Source: an uncultured Planctomycetales bacterium (GTDB taxonomy: Bacteria; Planctomycetota; Phycisphaerae; UBA1845; PWPN01). Taken from it: 54,853 nt of DNA. Positions within the stretch are counted from its first letter, which is position 1; every line of letters starts with the position of its first letter. The notes under the pieces were generated by a model. The model was not told the DNA's origin. It was given only the letters and a program-made list of their open reading frames with translations, and did no database searches. Below are positions 17,609-25,835 of this stretch, in pieces. Position numbers and translations under genes: made by a program. Location: positions 1-54,853 of the forward strand of contig CAZTVU010000002.1 of assembly GCA_964617025.1 (NCBI GenBank), read 5' to 3'.

Positions 17609-17956
17609 TCAGAGCTGCAGCGGAAGCGAGACGCCGAGGGATGTCGCGTCGTGCCGCTCGGGTCCTTCCGTGCGATGTGCTGCGTGAGGGCACGTCATCG
17701 GATCCGACCGTACGGACGGCATCCAGGCCCACGTGGGCGCCTCAGTTGGAGCCCGGTCGCACCGCTTCGCGGCATGCGGCTCGGCGACGAGCGCTGCTCC
17801 TGTCGGGTCGCACGGGTCCCGGGGGCAGTCGGCGCAGTGATGCGAGGTTTGTGGATGGTCGCACTCCTGGCCGAATGGAATGAGGCCGCCCATGCACAGA
17901 AGCGGACCGGCCAGGACCGCCAGGGCAGACAGAAAGACGACGATTGAATCCGACAT
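17609..17956 (-). CDS. Hypothetical small membrane-anchored Cys/His-rich protein (candidate metal-binding accessory protein)
   Basis: 115-aa sub-ORF from the ATG at 17956: MSDSIVVFLSALAVLAGPLLCMGG (TM), then ECDHPQTSHHCADCPRDPCD...CPHAAH. Third-position GC looks coding. There is no clear SD. It lies 72 nt upstream of czcB on the same strand. Confidence 0.4.
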   Translation of the reverse strand: MSDSIVVFLSALAVLAGPLLCMGGLIPFGQECDHPQTSHHCADCPRDPCDPTGAALVAEPHAAKRCDRAPTEAPTWAWMPSVRSDPMTCPHAAHRTEGPERHDATSLGVSLPLQL

Positions 17957-18047
17957 CGATACCGAATCATAGTCGGCCCGGCCGAGCGGGGCAACGCGGG
18001 CGTGTTTCGGTCGCGGTTTCGCATTCACCCGTCCCGACGGCCCGGTC

Positions 18048-20069
18048 TTACGCCCGCCCATAGTGACGCAGCTTCCACGCCCGGTGCCGTTCGTGGCGGC
18101 TGCGTGCGGCCGCCGCCAGTCTGTGGATTCGCCGCCAGTGGTCCTTCCAGTTCGACGCATCCCGGCCCCAGCCCGACAGGAAGAGCTTGAGGAAGCGGAC
18201 CCGGTCGCTTTGCGTGACCGTGAGGCAGCCGTCGAGGCTCGCCTCCAGCCGGGCGATTGCCCGGATCGCCGCGGGCGTGGGCGGTCTTGCGGTCCCCCGC
18301 GTAAGGCGCAGCCCGTCGAGATCGACGAGGCACAGTTTGGGCGGTGTCGACCATCCCTCATCCCACTGCACCAGGATGTTGGATGCCTTGAAATCCCGAT
18401 GGACAAAGCCTCTGGCATCCAGGCGTTTGACCAGATCCGAGAGCCGATCAATCAGGAGATCCTTGGCTCTCCTCTGTGCCCTTGGCGAAAGACGCGAGAG
18501 GTCGGCAGAGAGCACCACGTCGAGGTCTCGCGCGTTCGGCAGGGCCTCCGTGATGAGGATGCTGTCAGTGCGTAATCCGAATCGCCGCCGTTCCAGAACC
18601 GCCAGCGGTCTGGCCGTTGCGAGTTCGCGATTGATCAGCGCATAGCCGCGTCGCCAGGTCCGAAAGTTGCGTGATTCGCGGAGCAGGAGGGAAAGCCGGC
18701 GCTTTAAGTTACGCGCCCTTGGCCGCTTACAGACGATTGCCAGCGGCTCCGGCTCTGTGGGCAGAAGAAGCCGACAAATTATAGCGGAATGTGAATTCTT
18801 CAGAACGCTTCCCTGCCCGTCCGCACGAACCCAACGGAGCGGATCGGCCAACCAACTCTCCCATTGCCGGCGACTGAATACGGTGGTCGAGGCCCGCGAG
18901 CCGGCGACCGGATGCTTGGCGCACAGGAAGACATGTCCTCGCCAGCCGCCGGGGATGCGGATGCGGGCAAAATACTTGTTGGTTCGCGTGGTTCGGCGGT
19001 CGCGCTGCGCGTAAAGCTCGCAGGCGTGGGCACGGGCGCGCTCATCAAGGGCCGCGACGAGCTCGCGAAAGCTCAAGCCGAGCGAGCGTGCATATGGCGA
19101 GCTGGTTCGCATTGCGGCCCGCGTCTCCATGTAGCGGTGGAGGAAGCGGATCCGGTGCGTGATGCCGGCGTGGCGACGGAACCACTGATTGAGCTGCGCA
19201 AGATTGCGGACGACGGCGATGTCGGAAACGGCTCGCCCGATGCGGACGCCGTGAAGATCCACGAATACGACGCGAGGCGGCCTTGCCGCGTCGTCATCAA
19301 CCACCAGCAGATTGCCCGCGTGGAGGTCCACGTGATGGAAGCCTGCCTGATGGGCTGTGGCGATCAGATCGGCCACCGCATTGATGATCGCGCTCGCGGC
19401 CCGGCGCCGTTGGGCATCCTCGGCAAGGCGGCAGAGGCTGTTCCAATACTCGTTGAGAGGAACGGCATTGGGAATGGCCGACGTGATCAGCAGGCAGTCG
19501 GCGCCGCCCCACGGAAGACGTCGATACGAACACGCGATGGGTTCGACGGTTGGGAGGTCGTGTTCTCTCGCATACGACGCGACACGCCACTCGGCCAGGC
19601 AGGCGGGCCCGCGGACCCAGCGTTTCGCGTTGGCCAGTAGACCCTTCGCCGTGTAGACCTTCGCGAAGACCTCGCCCGCCGGCGTGCGGATTTGCCAGAC
19701 CTGTCGGCCGTCGTTTTCCTTGATCAGCGTTGCTCCGGGAACCCGCGAGAGGGAGAGCCACGCATCGGGCTTCAATTCATCGAGGATGGCCAGAAAATCG
19801 TCGCGTACGTGCCACATCCAGTCGCCCACGGACCGTCGGATGACGGTGCGCATCCACACGGGGCAAGAGCCGGAGGAGGGGATGGCGCGGGGTTTTTCCG
19901 ATGCGGCATGCGCCTGTGCCAGTGTCTCGGACGCATACGTGGCATGGAGCAGCTTCATTGCGGTGTTTCGGTACTTCGGCGTCTTGGGAGCCGGATCGCC
20001 GGATATCGAAATAGTCTCGTCGAATACTACCGCATACCGAGTGTGCCGGCAAGCCGGGATTGCGGACAT
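18048..20069 (-). CDS. Tandem lipopolysaccharide-kinase (Kdo/WaaP)-family protein-kinase-like protein
   Basis: Two kinase-like halves with catalytic-loop motifs FHHVDLHAGNLLV...FVDLHG and FVHRDFKASNILV...LVDLDG. The start codon is uncertain (20069 or 19958). Confidence 0.8.
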   Translation of the reverse strand: MSAIPACRHTRYAVVFDETISISGDPAPKTPKYRNTAMKLLHATYASETLAQAHAASEKPRAIPSSGSCPVWMRTVIRRSVGDWMWHVRDDFLAILDELKPDAWLSLSRVPGATLIKENDGRQVWQIRTPAGEVFAKVYTAKGLLANAKRWVRGPACLAEWRVASYAREHDLPTVEPIACSYRRLPWGGADCLLITSAIPNAVPLNEYWNSLCRLAEDAQRRRAASAIINAVADLIATAHQAGFHHVDLHAGNLLVVDDDAARPPRVVFVDLHGVRIGRAVSDIAVVRNLAQLNQWFRRHAGITHRIRFLHRYMETRAAMRTSSPYARSLGLSFRELVAALDERARAHACELYAQRDRRTTRTNKYFARIRIPGGWRGHVFLCAKHPVAGSRASTTVFSRRQWESWLADPLRWVRADGQGSVLKNSHSAIICRLLLPTEPEPLAIVCKRPRARNLKRRLSLLLRESRNFRTWRRGYALINRELATARPLAVLERRRFGLRTDSILITEALPNARDLDVVLSADLSRLSPRAQRRAKDLLIDRLSDLVKRLDARGFVHRDFKASNILVQWDEGWSTPPKLCLVDLDGLRLTRGTARPPTPAAIRAIARLEASLDGCLTVTQSDRVRFLKLFLSGWGRDASNWKDHWRRIHRLAAAARSRHERHRAWKLRHYGRA

Positions 20070-20105
20070 TCGTTGCGGCTTTATGGCGGGTGGGCGTTAC
20101 GAGCA

Positions 20106-20134
20106 TTGACGGGCCGGCTCATAGCGGCTAGGGT
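20106..20134 (+). promoter_or_regulatory. Promoter candidate TTGACG-17 nt-TAGGGT ending 8 nt before the ATG (possible leaderless transcript)
   Basis: -35 at 20106-20111, -10 at 20129-20134, ATG at 20143, and no SD in between. Confidence 0.3.
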
Positions 20135-20142
20135 TCGCGGGC

Positions 20143-21429
20143 ATGCGGAGCAGGCTGCAAAGCATCGTTTTGTGGATACTCGCGGCGATTGTGACGGCCG
20201 CGGTTGGGCTTGCCCTCTTTGCCTACGTAAGTAAGCCGCTGCTGCTGGCCGGGCCGATGGTACAACTCGTTGGCGAAGACGGCTTCTCCGTCGTCTGGTG
20301 GGTAAGCCGGCGGGGGCCGGCCGTGCTCGAGGTCGATGTGCCGGGAAGGGGAACGACGCGCGTCAACGCCGAGTGGTCCGGCCCGAACGGGCGGGTCGTC
20401 GGCCGCCTGACGCGTCTGGAGCGCAACGCGACAGCCTTGGCGTACCGTTGCGTTCAATACTCATCGCTCGGCATTCGCCATGTGGTCGGGACGGGTCGGA
20501 CCTTACTGGCACCCAAGCCCAGCGAAGCGCTTCGGTTTGTCGCTATCGGCGACACCGGGTCGGGCAAGCCGCCGCAGTATGACGTGGCGGAAATGGTCGT
20601 GGCGGCACGGCCTCAACTGGTGATCCATACGGGCGATGTGGTGTATCCTTCGGGCAGTTGGCCGGACTACATGCCGAAGTTCTTCATCCCATACGAGTCG
20701 CTGCTGCGGGATATCCCGATGTACCCGTCCCTCGGGAATCATGACATGAACACCGAGGCCGGCAAGCCCTATCTGGAGGCGTTCGAACTGCCGGACAACG
20801 GGCCGGCCGGCCTTCCGCGCGGTGCGAACTATTGGTTCGATTTCGGCCCGGCGCGGTTCGCGGCGATTGACACCAACGCGGGCGAAGAGGTCCTGGCGGG
20901 CCGGGTGGCGCCGTGGCTTGGTCGCGTCATGGCCGAGGCTCCGACGACCTGGCGTTTCGTCTTTTTTCACCACCCGCCTTATACGAATGGAAAGAACCAT
21001 AAGCCTGATGACCGCGTCCGACGGGTTCTGGTCCCGGTGCTCGAGCGAACCGGGGTGGATGTCGTCTTCAACGGCCACAATCACCTGTTCGAGCGGACGA
21101 AGTCGATTCGGGAGGGACGGGTCGTGCCGGACGGCGAAGGGGTCTTCTACGTCGTGACCGGCGCGGGGGGCCACAGCCTTTACGCAGAACTTGAGAACCC
21201 GCCCGAGTACATTGCGGCGTTCAACGATCAGGTCTTCAGCTTCACGACGGTCGAGGTGTCGGGGGAAACGCTTCGGCTGCGTCAGATCGATCGCGCTGGA
21301 GAGGTACTTCACGAGTGGACGTACGTCCGGCCGCCGACTCGCTCGGTCGGTGCCGCGAGCCGGCCGTCGGCGCCCGCGACCGCTCCCGCTTCGGGTCCGG
21401 TCGCGATTATGGCCGGGCACGGTTCGTAA
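20143..21429 (+). CDS. Membrane-anchored metallophosphoesterase (purple-acid-phosphatase-like)
   Basis: N-terminal TM (IVLWILAAIVTAAVGLALFAYV). Calcineurin-like motifs GDTGSG, HTGDVVYPSG, GNHD, FFHHPPY and NGHNHLFER. Confidence 0.88.
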   Translation: MRSRLQSIVLWILAAIVTAAVGLALFAYVSKPLLLAGPMVQLVGEDGFSVVWWVSRRGPAVLEVDVPGRGTTRVNAEWSGPNGRVVGRLTRLERNATALAYRCVQYSSLGIRHVVGTGRTLLAPKPSEALRFVAIGDTGSGKPPQYDVAEMVVAARPQLVIHTGDVVYPSGSWPDYMPKFFIPYESLLRDIPMYPSLGNHDMNTEAGKPYLEAFELPDNGPAGLPRGANYWFDFGPARFAAIDTNAGEEVLAGRVAPWLGRVMAEAPTTWRFVFFHHPPYTNGKNHKPDDRVRRVLVPVLERTGVDVVFNGHNHLFERTKSIREGRVVPDGEGVFYVVTGAGGHSLYAELENPPEYIAAFNDQVFSFTTVEVSGETLRLRQIDRAGEVLHEWTYVRPPTRSVGAASRPSAPATAPASGPVAIMAGHGS

Positions 21430-21627
21430 GGCATCGCGGCGTCGCGCATCGCAAGTCTGGAAAGCGGAAAAACGAAAAAGCGAGAAGCCCCAGGGCAGCT
21501 CTTGGCCGCAACCGAAAGATGCATCCTTCCTGCGTGCCGGTTGCGCCAAAAGCGTCTGCACCGACCTCGACTCGAGCAGCGGTTGCCGCGCCCGTTTTGT
21601 ACGGCGCGGCCCGCGCGTTTTGCACTG

Positions 21628-21649
21628 CGGCGGCCGTGACGCCGTTTTT
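21628..21649 (+). terminator. Weak Rho-independent-like terminator (CGGCG-7 nt-CGCCG followed by TTTTT)
   Basis: The stem is 21628-21632/21640-21644 and the T5 tract is 21645-21649. An 8-bp GC hairpin (21585-21592/21603-21610) lies just upstream. It is about 200 nt past the phosphoesterase stop. Confidence 0.3.
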
Positions 21650-21721
21650 CCTGGGGCGTGCTGTGACGTGCCGGCGTGCGGCGCGAGGGTGTCGGGCTGG
21701 CAGCCCGGTCGTCAAGGGAGT

Positions 21722-23812
21722 TCAGCGTTCCTGCGGCACGGGGTGCGTTGGGGTGGCCGATGCGTCTCGCCCGTCCACTCGGATGTCCGCGCTTCGATCG
21801 CCCCCGATGCGCAGGGCGCCCGGCTCGCCGAGATTCGGCCGGAAGTCGCCGATCGTTGCCCCCCGAACGTTGTGCAGGGTCAGGACGGGGCGCGTTGTTG
21901 ATCCGATGGAGACGCGTCGCAGTGTGAGGCCCTGCGTCTCGGTGCATGTGATACCCGTCCGTCCAAAGGCCGTGATATCTTCGAGCGTCACGCCTTCGAA
22001 GGGCTGTTCCGGAAGGCCGGCGATGCGGACGGCCTCCTTCGCGTCTTCGCAGGTCGCGCGGCGGATGTGGATGTTTCGGAACAGCGGCGGCCGGCCCCGG
22101 TCGGAGCCGAACCAGGCGCGATAGTCCGTATGCAGGCAGATCGCCTGCGTCGGGATCGTGCCCATTTCGATGTCCTCGTACCAGACATCCTCCACGACGC
22201 CCCCGCGCCCCCGCGTCGACTTGAGGCGAATGCCGATGAGCGAGCCGGAGAAGTCGCAGTCGTGGACGAAGACGTTCCGCACGCCGCCCGACATGTCGCT
22301 GCCGATCACGACGCCGCCGTGCCCTCGCTTCATGCGGCAGTGGCGGACGACGATATTCTCGGACGGGCGACCCACGCGCCAGCCGTCCTCATTGAGGCCG
22401 GACTTGATCGCGACACTGTCGTCGCCCGTCGCAAACGTGCAGCGTTCGATCACGATGTTGCGCGACGAGTCGGCGTTGATGCCGTCGTTGTTGGGGCCGT
22501 CGTTGATGATGGTCACGCCCTGCACGAGCACGTTCTCGCAGTAGACGAACTGCACCGTCCAGAACGGGCCGGCCGTGATGGTGACCCCCTCGAGGTGCAC
22601 GTTGCGGCAGTTGATCGGTTGAAAGAGCTGTGGCCGGAGCGGGTTGTCGGTGTTACCGTATACGCGGTTGCCGACGGGTACGCCTTCGAGGATGCGGCCA
22701 TAAAGCGCTCGGGCCACGCGGTCCTGCTCCTTCACCCAGCCCCACCACGGCCGGCCCTGCCCTTCGATCCGGCCGGGGCCGGTGACGGCGATGTTCTCAC
22801 AGCCGTTGGCATAGATGAGCGGTGAATAGTTGTAGCACTCGAAGCCGCCCCAGCGGACGAACACCGGCGGCAGGTAGTCGCGCGGGTCGGTGCTGAAGCG
22901 AAGCTCGGCCCCTTCCGCAAGATGCAGTTCGACATTGCTGCGGAGGTGTATGGCGCCCGTCAGCCACGTCCCCGGGGGGATGAACACGCGCCCGCCGCCG
23001 GCTGCGGCACAGGCGGCAATCGCGTCGGCGATCGCGCGGTTGGCGGGCGACCGGCCGTCGGCGACGGCCCCGAAGGAGCGGACATCGAACGTGCGACCGG
23101 GGAACCGGGGCGCCCGTACGTCCGGCATCGGGAAGGGCGGCTCGGGATTGTGGAGTTCGCTCAAGATGCAGCGGGCCACGCGCTCGGCCAGGAAGCGGTA
23201 GCCTTCCCGGGTGAAGTGCACGTTTCGAGGTTGTTGCAGGTCGGCCAGCCGGGGCCGTATGTATGTATGCAGGTCGTTCACGCGGACGCCGTGGGCATCC
23301 ATAACGGTGCGTGCGATGCGGTTGAAGGCCGCCTCCTGCCCCGCGAGTCGGCCGGCGGCGCCATCGGGGATTGGGGTGGTGCTTGCCCAGATGAGTCGGG
23401 CCCCGGTGGCCTTGAGCCGCTTCACGAGCGCGTCCAGATTGCGCTCGTACTCCTCGGCCGTGGACACGCGTTTGCCGCCGATGTCGAGCCGGGTGCCGTT
23501 GAGGTGCTTCAGGTCGTGGAGGCCCCAGTTGAAGTGGATGACGTCCCACTTCGTATCGCCGAGCCAGGCATCGAGCTCACGAAGACCTTTCCATGTATCA
23601 CCCCCGTTCGTGGGGATGCGGCGCGTTTCGGCCTTTCCGCTCAGGATTTTCGCGACCGGGTCGGTGTAGCCGATCGAGATCGAGTCGCCGATGATCAGGA
23701 CGCGCGGCAGCGGTCCGGGCTGCGTTCGCGGCGGAGCCGCGGCGGCCGGCGCGGCAGCCAGCGTGAAGACTACGATCGACGCCTGGCGCACGGGATACAG
23801 CGGGTTCGACAT
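21722..23812 (-). CDS. Secreted bifunctional SGNH/GDSL esterase + GH28 glycoside hydrolase (polygalacturonase/rhamnogalacturonase-type)
   Basis: The N-terminal half has VLIIGDSISIGYT (GDS block) and NWGLHDL. The C-terminal half has GH28 motifs NDGINADSS, ATGDDSVAIKSG and KRGHGGVVIGS on a parallel beta-helix pattern. Confidence 0.88.
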   Translation of the reverse strand: MSNPLYPVRQASIVVFTLAAAPAAAAPPRTQPGPLPRVLIIGDSISIGYTDPVAKILSGKAETRRIPTNGGDTWKGLRELDAWLGDTKWDVIHFNWGLHDLKHLNGTRLDIGGKRVSTAEEYERNLDALVKRLKATGARLIWASTTPIPDGAAGRLAGQEAAFNRIARTVMDAHGVRVNDLHTYIRPRLADLQQPRNVHFTREGYRFLAERVARCILSELHNPEPPFPMPDVRAPRFPGRTFDVRSFGAVADGRSPANRAIADAIAACAAAGGGRVFIPPGTWLTGAIHLRSNVELHLAEGAELRFSTDPRDYLPPVFVRWGGFECYNYSPLIYANGCENIAVTGPGRIEGQGRPWWGWVKEQDRVARALYGRILEGVPVGNRVYGNTDNPLRPQLFQPINCRNVHLEGVTITAGPFWTVQFVYCENVLVQGVTIINDGPNNDGINADSSRNIVIERCTFATGDDSVAIKSGLNEDGWRVGRPSENIVVRHCRMKRGHGGVVIGSDMSGGVRNVFVHDCDFSGSLIGIRLKSTRGRGGVVEDVWYEDIEMGTIPTQAICLHTDYRAWFGSDRGRPPLFRNIHIRRATCEDAKEAVRIAGLPEQPFEGVTLEDITAFGRTGITCTETQGLTLRRVSIGSTTRPVLTLHNVRGATIGDFRPNLGEPGALRIGGDRSADIRVDGRDASATPTHPVPQER

Positions 23813-23950
23813 GGGCGTCTCCGGGAAAGGCCTGTCCTCGTTTCACGACCATGATACCCGATGGCGTTGCCTCGACCAGCCGGGGGCGCGCAACGTGGCA
23901 ACTCGGGGCGGTGCCCGATAGACTGGCGGTGCTTCTTGCGGAGGAATTCG

Positions 23951-25141
23951 ATGACATCACGCGAACGGACGCAGCGCGCCATGAACCTCGATGTTCCGGA
24001 CCGCGTGCCGGTAATGTGTCAACTTGCGCTGGGGCACTACTTTCTGCACGCGGGTCTGAGCCCGTTTGAGATCTGGTTCACCAGCGAGGGCTTCGCGGAG
24101 GCCCTCGTTCGCCTGCAGCGGCGATATCGGTTTGACGGCATCCTCATCAACCTCCCCGGCCGGCCGCCGGACATCGAGCGATACGTTCAGCGCATCGATC
24201 GCGGCGAGAGCGAAGACGTCGTGCGATGGACCAACGGCGGTTTCGCGCGACTTCCGCATGATGACAACGCCCACTATGTCACGCCCTCCGGCGAGCCGCC
24301 GTTTCCGCAGTTCTCCGCAGTCGACCCTGACAGGCTTTATTATGTCGAGGCGTGGGATGCGACCGGGATCAAATACCCCCACGTGTGGGATTTCGAGCCG
24401 GCGCCTCGGCCGCCCGAGGACTTCTTCCCGCCGTACCATCTCGATACCATCCGAGCCGTGCTTCGCCGCGTGCGCGGCGAGGTGAGCGTGCATTCCGAGA
24501 TCTTCTCGCCGTTCTCGCAGTTGCTCGAGCTGCTGGGCTACGAGGCGGGCCTTCTTGCGATGGTGGACGATCCGGCCAAGGTGCATGCGTGCCTCGAGCG
24601 ACTGACCGCCGGGGCGATCGATTTGGGCCGTCGCCAGGCCGACTGCGGCGTCGACGCCGTGCTCATCTCCTCGGCGTTCGCCGGCGGCGGGTTCATCGGC
24701 CGCGAGCACTACGCCGAGTTCGTGTTGCCCTACGAGCGCCGGGTCGTCGAGGGGATCCGGTCGCACCGCGCGGTGCCGGTGTACACGCACACGTGCGGGG
24801 CGATCGGCGACCGGCTCGACCTGATGCTGGAGACCGGCACAACCGGCATCGACACGCTGGATCCGCCGCCGCTGGGGACCGTGGAGCTGGACGAGGCGAA
24901 GCGGGTCCTCGCCGGGCGGGCGTTCATCAAAGGCAACATCGACTCCGTCAATACGCTGCTGAACGGCACGGATGAACGATTTCGCGCGGACGTCCGTTGG
25001 CGGCTGGAGGTCGGCAAGCCCGGTGGCGGATATGTGCTCAGCTCGGCGTGTTCGGTGGCACCGCGGGTCGCACCGGAGCGTTTGATGCTCCTGGTTGAGA
25101 TGGCGGAGGCATATGGGAAAACTTGGGAATCAGGCGTGTGA
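23951..25141 (+). CDS. Uroporphyrinogen decarboxylase (URO-D) family protein (MtaA/CmuA-like, non-HemE)
   Basis: ATG at 23951 after GGAGGA. 396 aa with MTSRERTQRAMNLDVPDRVPVMCQ... and a C-terminal ...GGGYVLSSACSV pattern typical of URO-D-fold proteins. The family call is from memory. Confidence 0.65.
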   Translation: MTSRERTQRAMNLDVPDRVPVMCQLALGHYFLHAGLSPFEIWFTSEGFAEALVRLQRRYRFDGILINLPGRPPDIERYVQRIDRGESEDVVRWTNGGFARLPHDDNAHYVTPSGEPPFPQFSAVDPDRLYYVEAWDATGIKYPHVWDFEPAPRPPEDFFPPYHLDTIRAVLRRVRGEVSVHSEIFSPFSQLLELLGYEAGLLAMVDDPAKVHACLERLTAGAIDLGRRQADCGVDAVLISSAFAGGGFIGREHYAEFVLPYERRVVEGIRSHRAVPVYTHTCGAIGDRLDLMLETGTTGIDTLDPPPLGTVELDEAKRVLAGRAFIKGNIDSVNTLLNGTDERFRADVRWRLEVGKPGGGYVLSSACSVAPRVAPERLMLLVEMAEAYGKTWESGV

Positions 25142-25297
25142 AAGGAACGAGGTGGCGCGAACCGGGTATCGTTTCCCGGGGCGGCTCGGGTCTTTTCGCC
25201 ATGGGGAGCTGTGCTTGCGTCCGGTGGTGCTGTTACGGCGCGAGCTCGGGAAAGCATCTGGGTCCGTGCCCGAACGTCATTGCCGAATATGTCGAAC

Positions 25298-25326
25298 TTG
25301 ACGACGGACCTCAGACGGCGTATGCT
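25298..25326 (+). promoter_or_regulatory. Promoter candidate for tRNA-Glu: TTGACG-17 nt-TATGCT
   Basis: -35 at 25298-25303 and -10 at 25321-25326. The tRNA 5' end lies 22 nt downstream. Confidence 0.45.
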
Positions 25327-25348
25327 CCTGAAAACTTCCGGCTAGGTC

Positions 25349-25421
25349 GCCCCCATCGTCTAGTGGCCTAGGATATCAGGTTCTCATCCTGGAGACAGGG
25401 GTTCGAATCCCCTTGGGGGTA
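25349..25421 (+). tRNA. tRNA-Glu (anticodon CTC)
   Basis: Manual fold: acceptor GCCCCCA/TGGGGGT (G1-U72 wobble), D-arm GTCTAGTGGCCTAGGAT, anticodon stem CAGG(T)/CCTG with loop TTCTCAT (CTC at 25383-25385). T-arm AGGGGTTCGAATCCCCT, discriminator A. CCA is not encoded. Confidence 0.9.
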
Positions 25422-25599
25422 TCCGAAATATCGGAAATAGCCGGTAAACGTTTGTAAGTGCTTGTAATAGCGGGCTTTGCTTCGGCGTCTGTAAGTCCGC
25501 ATTTCCTGTGAATTCCTGCGTGTGCCGGCACATATCGGGCTGAACTCCACGCCGCCTTGCTTGCGAAGCCCTGAGAGTACGTGGACGCGCGGTTTTCGC

Positions 25600-25628
25600 T
25601 TGACACACGCGGTTACGCCTCGTAAAAA
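25600..25628 (+). promoter_or_regulatory. Sigma70-like promoter candidate: TTGACA-17 nt-TAAAAA
   Basis: -35 at 25600-25605 and -10 at 25623-25628, about 210 nt upstream of the 25836 start. Confidence 0.35.
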
Positions 25629-25835
25629 GAGCATGTTGACGGGAGATTGGGGCTGGGACATCGTCGTGCGTCCCGAGCGCCTCGGCAACATTCTGACGGA
25701 CGCCATCGATCGGCGTGGACGCGGAGGCGTTTCACATCAGGAGGCGTTGTGTGAGTGGGAAGAGCAGCCCAGCGGGCGCGCGCCCTTGGGTCGTGAGGAA
25801 TGCCGCCAGCGCCTTGGTGCGCGGGGAGAATGCCG

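Noticed and set aside
25521-25532. 12-bp perfect palindrome TGTGCCGGCACA downstream of the tRNA
   Set aside because: It is a single isolated palindrome of modest length in GC-rich DNA, with no partner site or obvious target gene. It could occur by chance.
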